This document shows, in pieces, positions 8,557 through 14,801 of a DNA stretch of 32,000 nucleotides. The notes beneath the pieces are model-generated. The model had not been told where the DNA came from and searched no databases. It saw only the letters and a list, made by a program, of their open reading frames with translations. Location of the stretch: positions 180,001 to 212,000 of the forward strand of contig CP010424.1 in the NCBI GenBank assembly GCA_000830275.1. The letters are read 5' to 3'. Both the position numbers and the translations under genes were made by a program. Origin of the DNA: an archaeon GW2011_AR10 (GTDB taxonomy: Archaea > Iainarchaeota > Iainarchaeia > Iainarchaeales > GW2011-AR10). Positions within the stretch are counted from its first letter, which is position 1; each line of letters opens with the position of its first letter.

Positions 8557-9267
8557 ATGAAAGAAATGTCGCTAAGCATTAACACCAAAGACTATGACTC
8601 GGCGGAAGAAACACACCCCTTTTATCAGGAAATGGTTCAAGAAATGCTTGCCCAGTTAAAGAAGCACAAAAAAACAAAAATCCTGGAACTTGGAGCGGGA
8701 ACAGGGCTGTTCACAAAAAAACTACTGAAAATACCAGGAATTAAAATTGATGCACTTGAGATAGACGAAGAGTGTTTTGCATATTTGAAAAAGAAAATAA
8801 ATGGCAAAAATATCAATCTGATTGAAGGTGATGCAGTGACTTATTCAAAACCAGGATATTATGGTGCGGTTGTTTCTTGTTTTGCCCATGACCACACCTC
8901 TTCATTTAAGAACAGGCTGGTGTTTGCTGAAAATCTTGCAAAAAACCTTTCCAAGGGAGGGGTTTACATTGTGGGGCAGGAAATAATTTCTGAATTCAAA
9001 AACAAAGAGGGGCGAAGAAAAGCTCTCAGAGAATTTCAAGGCTACATCGTGTGGAAAGCTATCCAGGATGGCCATGAAAAAGTGGCTGGGCTGGAATTAG
9101 ACAGCCTCAAGGCAGCGGTTGAGGAAAAAGGCGACTGGAAAAGGCACATGAAAATGTTTGAAGAAGAAATGGAACACGCAGGGTTGAAGGAACTATTCAG
9201 GAAAAAGATCGGACCGCTTGACAGGGAAAATATAGGGGGCGTATATGTTTTCGTTTACCAAAAGTGA
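8557..9267 (+). CDS. Class I SAM-dependent methyltransferase
   Basis: Motif I is ILELGAGTGLFTKKL, and ALEIDEE follows. The ATG lies 1 nt after the GAPDH-like stop. Confidence 0.8.
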   Translation: MKEMSLSINTKDYDSAEETHPFYQEMVQEMLAQLKKHKKTKILELGAGTGLFTKKLLKIPGIKIDALEIDEECFAYLKKKINGKNINLIEGDAVTYSKPGYYGAVVSCFAHDHTSSFKNRLVFAENLAKNLSKGGVYIVGQEIISEFKNKEGRRKALREFQGYIVWKAIQDGHEKVAGLELDSLKAAVEEKGDWKRHMKMFEEEMEHAGLKELFRKKIGPLDRENIGGVYVFVYQK

Positions 9268-9938
9268 TGCAAATGCACAAGGATGAAAAACTCTGGGACA
9301 AGGTATACGATGAATTCAGGGGAGAAAGGAGTTCAGTGTGGAGGGAGACTGCAACCCCGTTTTTTACGCAGAAAGCAGAATACTTGAGGCATTTGGGGTT
9401 AAGAAAAATTCTAGACGCGGGATGCGGGGACGGAAGAAACATCCTTGCTTTTGCAAAATACGGATTTAATGCAACAGGAACAGACATATCAGGTTTGGCT
9501 TTGAAAAAAGCCGAAGAATTATGCAGAAATTATCCAAATGCGGAATTCAAAAAAGAACCGCTTGAAAAACCAAGCTTCAAGCGCGAATCATTTGACGTGA
9601 TTGTATGTGATTTTGTCACAGCCCATCTTAAAGAAATAGAACTCATAACAAATAACTTCCATAAACTTCTCAAGAAGAATGGATACCTGCTTATTGAATT
9701 CACTTCTTACAAAGATCCGCACTGTGGTAAAGGGAAAAAAATAGGTGAAAGGGAGTTCCTGCAAAAAGGGTTTTATCTAAGGTTTTACACCATTAATCAA
9801 ATAGAAAAAATAATGGGCAAATTCAGGATATTGTGCATTGATTCAATATCCTACACGGATCCAGGCCATGGAACAGGCTACAACAGAAAAAAAAGACACC
9901 AGCACCACTCCTACTTCGTCTTTGCTCAAAAAAATTAA
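9267..9938 (+). CDS. Class I SAM-dependent methyltransferase (second, unrelated paralog)
   Basis: Motif I is ILDAGCGDGRNILAFA, followed by GTDIS and FDVIVCDFV. The start is GTG at 9264 or ATG at 9267, and either overlaps the upstream stop (9265-9267). Confidence 0.8.
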   Translation: MQMHKDEKLWDKVYDEFRGERSSVWRETATPFFTQKAEYLRHLGLRKILDAGCGDGRNILAFAKYGFNATGTDISGLALKKAEELCRNYPNAEFKKEPLEKPSFKRESFDVIVCDFVTAHLKEIELITNNFHKLLKKNGYLLIEFTSYKDPHCGKGKKIGEREFLQKGFYLRFYTINQIEKIMGKFRILCIDSISYTDPGHGTGYNRKKRHQHHSYFVFAQKN

Positions 9939-10039
9939 ACCCCCAAAAAGGAACCTTCCAGAACCAATGAGGGAACGCGGAGGACGTAACAAAGTTACGA
10001 AATCCGACGCGGCAAATGCCCGCCAAAAAAAGGGCAAGA

Positions 10040-10203
10040 CGCGGAGGACGAGATTCGAACTCGCGCTCCTGTGAAGGAACACGCTGACTGATGCAACTGC
10101 CACCCGATTTCTTTCTTTTGGGCAACTTACACTTTTCTTTCTTTTCAAAAGAAAGAAAAGGGCAGTTCCAGGCGTGCGCGTTAGACCACTCCGCCACCCC
10201 CGC
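10040..10203 (-). tRNA. tRNA-Ser(GGA) with an 80-nt intron at the canonical 37/38 position (intron 10086-10165)
   Basis: I folded this by hand. The acceptor is GCGGGGG/CCTCCGC, the D stem GCG/CGC, and the anticodon stem CACGC/GCGTG. The loop is CTGGAA|intron|A. There is a 15-nt variable arm (TCCT/AGGA), T arm GCGAG-TTCGAAT-CTCGT, and discriminator G. A BHB is consistent: C32-G35 pairs with TCAG in the intron, flanked by 3-nt bulges AA|C and TC|A. Confidence 0.85.
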
Positions 10204-10415
10204 AACAACTGTTACGTCAGTTGACACCGTGTGGCATCTTCGATGCCACGTGCTCGGCTCTTGTGAGCCTCGCAACAACTGAAGCCTCAGTTGACTAAAA
10301 CTTTGGCAACTGAATATGTTTAATTATTTCTTTCGCCAAAGTTTTACAAGGCGTGCCATTTTCAATGGCACTGGCTCGCCCTTATGGGTTCGCAACAATT
10401 GAGGTTCCAGTAGTA
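10204..10415 (-). repeat. Modular hairpin-rich leader upstream of tRNA-Ser(GGA): three [CAACTG-N6-CAGTTG hairpin + TTGCG] junctions, two 51-nt structured units, one 11-bp inverted repeat
   Basis: The junction hairpins are at 10206-10223 and 10276-10293, with a degenerate third at about 10396-10413. Unit hairpins are GTGGCATCTTCGATGCCAC (10231-10249) and GTGCCATTTTCAATGGCAC (10353-10371). The inverted repeat AAAACTTTGGC/GCCAAAGTTTT spans 10297-10345. Confidence 0.55.
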
Positions 10416-10443
10416 AAGAAATCAATTGGTAAAAGAATTTAAA

Positions 10444-11091
10444 TTAAAGGTTTTTGAGGGTTTGGACTCGTTTGGGAATGTCACCTGATTTTATTACGTA
10501 AGAGCCCGCTATCAGGATATCGGCTCCGGCTTCAACGCTTTTTTTGCCTGTTTCAGCGTTTATTCCTCCGTCAACCTGTATTTCGCAGTTCAAGCCCTCT
10601 TTGTCTATGGCTTCCCGAAGCAGTTTCACTTTTGAAAGGTTTTTTTCAATGAAGTTTTGGCCTCCGAAGCCTGCTTCAACTGTCATCACTAATGCAAGGT
10701 CAACTTTGGAAAGAAATGGTGAAATTTTTTTTGCAGAAATTTTGTTGTTGACAGCAATTCCGGCTCCCAAACCAAGGCCGCGGATTTCCTTAATTGTTTT
10801 TTTTGGGTTGTTGGAGGTTTCAACGTGGAAAGTTAAGGAATCTGCTCCATAACCCTTTAATTGATTAAAGTATTTTTCCGGCTGCTGAACCATGAGGTGA
10901 ACATCAAAGAAGAGTTTTGTTTTTGGCCTCAGTTTTTTTATTTCTTCAATTGGAACGCCTGAATTCGGAACATACTTGTTGTCCATTACGTCCCATTGAA
11001 TCATTTCTGGCTTTGCTTTCTCCAGCTGCGGAAGCCATTCCTTAACCTTTGAGAAGTCCGCTGAAAGAACTGATACTCCTACCTTTGCCAT
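10444..11091 (-). CDS. rpe: Ribulose-phosphate 3-epimerase
   Basis: SVLSADFSKV...DVMDNKYVPN...FDVHLMV...LTFHVE...GIAVN...LVMTVEAGFGGQNF...VDGGIN is the classic Rpe TIM-barrel motif set. ATG at 11089-11091 is used because the track start at 11094 is TTG. Confidence 0.9.
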   Translation of the reverse strand: MAKVGVSVLSADFSKVKEWLPQLEKAKPEMIQWDVMDNKYVPNSGVPIEEIKKLRPKTKLFFDVHLMVQQPEKYFNQLKGYGADSLTFHVETSNNPKKTIKEIRGLGLGAGIAVNNKISAKKISPFLSKVDLALVMTVEAGFGGQNFIEKNLSKVKLLREAIDKEGLNCEIQVDGGINAETGKKSVEAGADILIAGSYVIKSGDIPKRVQTLKNL

Positions 11092-11329
11092 CAAACCAGC
11101 CTGATTTTTTTAATTGGTTAAATCATCGTTGTACGAAAAATAATAAATAACTTCTTCCTAAAAATAGTTTGATGGAAAGGCAAAAGCAGGGCAAGAAGCG
11201 CAAATAACGCTGCAATAGTTTTACTACAACAACATTTTCGCTTCGCTTCAATGGTGTAGCGTGGAGGGAGAAATCCGAAGTCAGAAAAACCTAGGTTTTT
11301 CCGACACCGTTTCCTCCAAAAATTTTGTT

Positions 11330-11393
11330 AAATTTATAACCCGTTTCTTTGAAACGGGTTGGACGTTTGCTCCCTTCCGAGGAGCAGCTCGGA
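11330..11393. repeat. About 70-nt repeat, copy B: the 3' trailer of tRNA-Ser(UGA), with a perfect 10-bp hairpin plus an AT-rich tail
   Basis: On the minus strand, the tRNA 3' end is followed by TCCGAG-CTGCTC-CTCGGA, then AACCCGTTTC-AAA-GAAACGGGTT, then ATAAATTT. This copy is homologous to 6263-6334. Confidence 0.6.
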
Positions 11394-11591
11394 CGCGGAG
11401 GGAGAGATTCGAACTCCCGCTCGCCGAAGCGAACCGGCTTTCAAGGGAAACTGCGTCACTAATTTTGCCTGTTACGCTAAGCGCTTTGGCTTATCGAGGG
11501 TTTGAGTGAAATGAAAACCCTTTACTCTGCGTTACAGGCGGACACAATTGCCTCTCAAGGCCGGCGCGTTTAACCACTCCGCCACCTCCGC
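11394..11591 (-). tRNA. tRNA-Ser(UGA) with an intron of about 114 nt in the anticodon loop (11440-11553 if canonical 37/38)
   Basis: I folded this by hand. The acceptor is GCGGAGG/CCTCCGC, the D stem GCG/CGC, and the anticodon stem CCGGC/GCCGG. The loop begins CTTGAG. The variable arm is TCGC-TTCG-GCGA, the T arm GGGAG-TTCGAAT-CTCTC, and the discriminator is G. The exact splice position is ambiguous because CTTGA occurs at both junctions. Confidence 0.8.
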
Positions 11592-11738
11592 ATAAACGGA
11601 GAGCTCCGTTTACGAGCTGTACGTGTCCCATCTTCGATGGGACGGTAGTGCTTTCTCCGTTTACAAGGCGTGCCATCTTCAATGGCACTTGCTCGCCCTT
11701 TTAGGCTCGCAAAAAAGCGAAATCCGCCAAAATTTCGC
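11592..11738 (-). repeat. Hairpin-rich leader upstream of tRNA-Ser(UGA), homologous in architecture to 10204-10415
   Basis: The junction hairpin TAAACGGA-GAGC-TCCGTTTA is at 11593-11612. The unit hairpins are GTCCCATCTTCGATGGGAC (11625-11643) and GTGCCATCTTCAATGGCAC (11670-11688). The 51-nt unit 11661-11711 is 45/50 identical to 10345-10394. The inverted repeat GCGAAAT/ATTTCGC spans 11717-11738. Confidence 0.55.
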
Positions 11739-11800
11739 CAAAATAATGGTTTAGTTAAGTTTATATATTACTTTTGTTTAACACTTATTGGCCTTTTCTC

Positions 11801-14449
11801 ATGAAGAATACATTGGTTTTACTTGCATTGCTTTTGGTTTCTTCTCTGGCTTATGCTGGGCCTGTTGAAGATGTTGCGACTGGCTTGAGCAGCCTTTTGT
11901 TCCAAGAAGCTGACAGATACTTTGATGACAGGTTTGACCCTTATGGTGGCGGTCCTTCTGGACCACAGCCTTTTGGCGGGCAAGGGCCTTACTCTGATCC
12001 GTTCAGTGCTCCTAGTGCGGGCGGCCCATTTGGGGGCGGCCCATTTGGTGCACCGCAACAACAGGGAGGTCCTTATGGGCAGCAGCCTTTTGGTGCACAA
12101 CAACCTTCTGGCGGGCAAGGGTTTGGTCCGCAGCAGGGTTTCGGCTTTAATGACTTCGCTCAGGGCAGTGGCCCATCCACTGGCTTTAACACTCCTTACC
12201 TTCCCCCAGAGTTCCCTACATCAATTTCGCCTGAAAAAATTTTGGAGGGAAAAATCAGGAACGTTATTTTCAGCGAACTCGACCCACTTCTAATTGAAGA
12301 GCTTTACCCGGATGAAGAAAGGGCAGTGGATTACCTTTACTCAACTGTTCAGGAAAGCGGTATTCTGGAAATATGCGAACAAATAGAGCTTGAAATAGAA
12401 AGATGCGAGCTTGGAAAGGATTTCTGTGACCAGATTGGAAGCGAAATGAACAACTTTGGCCCACCGCCTGGAGAGGCGCCGCCAGAGGCAATGGAAATAT
12501 TTGAGAACTTGTCATGTGATGAGGAGCCAGATGTTTCAAAGCTCACTGAAATAATGTTTGGCAAAATTAAGGAAAAAATGCAGCAAGAGCAAAAATTCAG
12601 GGATGAACAGCAGTGCTCTTTTAACTGGGAGCGGCAGAAGGATTTCCTTTGCAACAGGTCGCAGGACTTTGGCTACAACCAGGGGCCTTTTGGCGGCGAA
12701 GACTTTGACAGAAGATTTGAGGGACAAAGGGATTTCCCTGAGAGGCCATTCAATGAAGGGCCAAAGTGTACCTCAGAAAATGACTTGGCTTTAAGGGAGG
12801 ACAAGTGCAGGGTTAGAGGAAAAGAATCGTTTAGAGTGAGGGGAAGCGATGGCTGCCCATTTGTTGAGTGCGTTGAAAGCGGCTCAAGGCCGTCAGGCGA
12901 AATTTATAGGGAGGAACAGGTTGCGCGTGAGCCTTACTCTAGCCCAGAACCTTACAATGAACAGGAACCCTTCTATGATAGGCCACAGTGCCAAGACATT
13001 CAACCTCAGTTTGACAGTTGTAGAAGCAGTGGAGGCAACCCAATAACCTATAATTCCAATGGTTGCGACTATTTCCAGGGGTGCGAGTATCCGCAACAAC
13101 CAGTTGGGCAGCCGGTTCAGGAACCAATAGAGCAGCCTCCAGCTGAAGAACCAAGTGGTGGAGAAATAACGACGAGTGCACTTGGCAATGATTTGCTTGT
13201 GGCAAGTTTGCAGGAAGAATCTGTTGAGCCTGCACCCGAGCCTGTTGTTGAGCCTGAACCAATTGTGCAGGAACCAGAATCAGTGCCTGTTGAACAGGAA
13301 CCTGTTTATGATAATGTAGTCCAGTCAGAGCAACCATTTTATGGTGACGGTTTTGACCGCGGATTTGAAAGGCCGCCTTTTGAGCCAGAGCACGTTGAGC
13401 CGTTCCAGCCTTATGGGCCTGAACCTTTTGGCGGCCAATACGGGGGAGGCCAATATGGCGGTGGTCCATCACCCGGCGCTTATGGTGGAGGGCCTTTTGG
13501 TGGTCCGCAAGGCGGAGGACAGAGCCAGGATTGTGACAGAGAAAAATTTATTGCGCAATGCATTGAGTCATCCAAGAAAATGTCTGAAAAGTTTTTCAGC
13601 GAGGAAAGGATCAAGAAGCAAATTGGATTTGAAATGAAGAGGGTTGCGAAAGAATACCAGTTTTTCTGCAAGCAGGCAGAGTTCGGGCAAAAGCAATGCG
13701 TCAGGCATGTTGAGAGATCGTGCACGTTCATTGATGCGCAGCTTAAAACTTGCAGAACTTTAACAACAGAGGACAAAGTGAGGGAAATAGTGAGAAGAAT
13801 TGTGCAGAACATTTTCAAGTGGAAGAAATTGCAGGAACTGAAAGAGGAAAAAGGCTTTGAGTCAAAAATTTTGGATGCAGCTGAAGGCTTGAGCGAGGAC
13901 TCATACTACTTGGAAGGCGATTTGTCATCTGTTGTTTCAGTAACCAGCTCAGAACTGGTAGATGCTGCTGCAACAGTAGAGGAATTGAACGAATCTGAAA
14001 GAAACAAAGACATTTTGTATCATTTTACAAAAGTGTTCGGCTTCCAAAAAGAAAATGAAAGGGGTGAAGCAAACAAGCTGTCAAAGCAGATTGAAAAAAT
14101 TGAGGCAACAATTGATGCACTTGAAGTCGTAGTCGAGCAAGTTGACGATGATATGCTGAGGAGAAGAATTTCCCAAGTGATTGATGAACTTGAAAAAGAA
14201 AAAAGTTCGCTTGAATCTGTTTATGACAACAAATTAAGCGGTGCCGGCGGCTTGTTTGGTGGAGTCAGCGAGGAAGAAGTTAAATCAGGCGAAGCACTTG
14301 TCTGCGAAACCGGAAGAGCCGACTGCGATGGATTGTCAGTGAACGGCTGCGAATCAAGCTTGGAAAGAGATTACGAGAACTGCGGTGCATGCGGCATAGT
14401 GTGCAATGAAAATGAGGCATGCGTTAACAGCGTGTGCACTTCAATATAA
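11801..14449 (+). CDS. Large secreted protein: G/P/Q/F-rich low-complexity regions, acidic Cys-containing core, coiled-coil region and 8-Cys C-terminal module
   Basis: ATG at 11801 gives the signal peptide MKNTLVLLALLLVSSLAYA (the track start at 11774 is TTG). PFGG/PYGG-type repeats lie at 11936-12193 and 13424-13527. The C-terminus is CETGRADCDGLSVNGCESSLERDYENCGACGIVCNENEACVNSVC. There is no C-terminal TM helix. Confidence 0.8.
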   Translation: MKNTLVLLALLLVSSLAYAGPVEDVATGLSSLLFQEADRYFDDRFDPYGGGPSGPQPFGGQGPYSDPFSAPSAGGPFGGGPFGAPQQQGGPYGQQPFGAQQPSGGQGFGPQQGFGFNDFAQGSGPSTGFNTPYLPPEFPTSISPEKILEGKIRNVIFSELDPLLIEELYPDEERAVDYLYSTVQESGILEICEQIELEIERCELGKDFCDQIGSEMNNFGPPPGEAPPEAMEIFENLSCDEEPDVSKLTEIMFGKIKEKMQQEQKFRDEQQCSFNWERQKDFLCNRSQDFGYNQGPFGGEDFDRRFEGQRDFPERPFNEGPKCTSENDLALREDKCRVRGKESFRVRGSDGCPFVECVESGSRPSGEIYREEQVAREPYSSPEPYNEQEPFYDRPQCQDIQPQFDSCRSSGGNPITYNSNGCDYFQGCEYPQQPVGQPVQEPIEQPPAEEPSGGEITTSALGNDLLVASLQEESVEPAPEPVVEPEPIVQEPESVPVEQEPVYDNVVQSEQPFYGDGFDRGFERPPFEPEHVEPFQPYGPEPFGGQYGGGQYGGGPSPGAYGGGPFGGPQGGGQSQDCDREKFIAQCIESSKKMSEKFFSEERIKKQIGFEMKRVAKEYQFFCKQAEFGQKQCVRHVERSCTFIDAQLKTCRTLTTEDKVREIVRRIVQNIFKWKKLQELKEEKGFESKILDAAEGLSEDSYYLEGDLSSVVSVTSSELVDAAATVEELNESERNKDILYHFTKVFGFQKENERGEANKLSKQIEKIEATIDALEVVVEQVDDDMLRRRISQVIDELEKEKSSLESVYDNKLSGAGGLFGGVSEEEVKSGEALVCETGRADCDGLSVNGCESSLERDYENCGACGIVCNENEACVNSVCTSI

Positions 14450-14528
14450 TTGCTTTAGTTAACTGCTTTTTCTTTTGGTTTTAAAGAAACAGTTTGTTTG
14501 CCGAAGGCGGATTTTGATAAAACTCCTT

Positions 14529-14639
14529 GCAAAACTCGGGGTTTTGCGAGGCCCGCAAAATCTTTGATTTTGCTTGGGTTTCCCAAAAGGTTTTTGGAGA
14601 AGCCGGTTTTTCGCAAACCTTTTTCCAAAAGGTTTTTGG
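14529..14639. repeat. Array of five consecutive short hairpins with A/T-run stems, including two copies of TCCAAAAGGTTTTTGGAGA
   Basis: The hairpins are GCAAAAC-tcgg-GTTTTGC (14529-14547), GCAAAATC-ttt-GATTTTGC (14555-14573), CCAAAA-ggt-TTTTGG (14583-14597), GGTTT-ttcgc-AAACC (14605-14619) and CCAAAA-ggt-TTTTGG (14625-14639). A long-range pair GATAAGCA (14641-14648) / TGCTTATC (14692-14699) follows. Confidence 0.6.
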
Positions 14640-14750
14640 AGATAAGCAGGGATCTGCACGGCGTAAACCGGCGGTTCCCCGCAAAGCAGTATGCTTATCT
14701 CCTTAACTCCCAATACAGTAAAAAGTATTGGCTTAACTTTTTAAATAACT

Positions 14751-14801
14751 TTTCTTTTTTTTGCGTTTTTTTTCCTTTGAGCTCGTTTTTCTTGTTTTTT
14801 T
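14751..14801 (+). terminator. Cluster of oligo-T tracts downstream of the hairpin array
   Basis: The tracts are tttctttttttt, gcgtttttttt, cgttttt and tgttttttt. Several T5-T8 runs fall within 50 nt on the plus strand. Confidence 0.4.

Noticed and set aside
7542-9938. Arsenic-resistance-type GAPDH (gapdh-arsJ) with an ArsM-like methyltransferase
   Set aside because: No ArsJ-like transporter or ArsR is present. Neither methyltransferase shows the conserved multi-cysteine pattern expected of As(III) methyltransferases, so this remains pure speculation.
9823-10282. Several ORFs (151, 121, 78 and 63 aa) across 9.8-10.3 kb
   Set aside because: They overlap the intron-containing tRNA-Ser(GGA) and its structured leader. 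Their sequences are Arg/Ser/Phe-rich translations of RNA-gene DNA.
6263-11401. Integrated mobile element bounded by the 70-nt repeats
   Set aside because: There are no integrase, transposase or plasmid/virus genes between the repeats. The repeated segment is mainly the tRNA trailer rather than the tRNA body, and the content is housekeeping-like (rpe, a tRNA, a dehydrogenase operon). I kept it only as a possible rearrangement scar.
10086-11553. C/D-box sRNA encoded in the long tRNA introns, as in some archaeal tRNA-Trp introns
   Set aside because: I found no RUGAUGA C box or CUGA D box on the tRNA strand of either intron. The only TGATG-like string (about 10088-10093) is on the antisense strand.
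11261-11688. ORFs of 82 aa (+) and 65 aa (-)
   Set aside because: They lie across tRNA-Ser(UGA), its intron and its trailer and leader hairpins, so they are not credible coding regions.
11819-13818. Multiple 60-180 aa ORFs in other frames and strands within the 891-aa gene, for example 12939-13472 on the minus strand
   Set aside because: These are shadow ORFs generated by the Gly/Pro/Gln-rich and Glu/Pro-rich codon repeats of the real gene. None has a signal, a motif or independent support.
14529-14639. Possible CRISPR array
   Set aside because: The repeat units are only 15-19 nt and differ in sequence. They abut each other without unique 30-40 nt spacers, and no cas genes are nearby.
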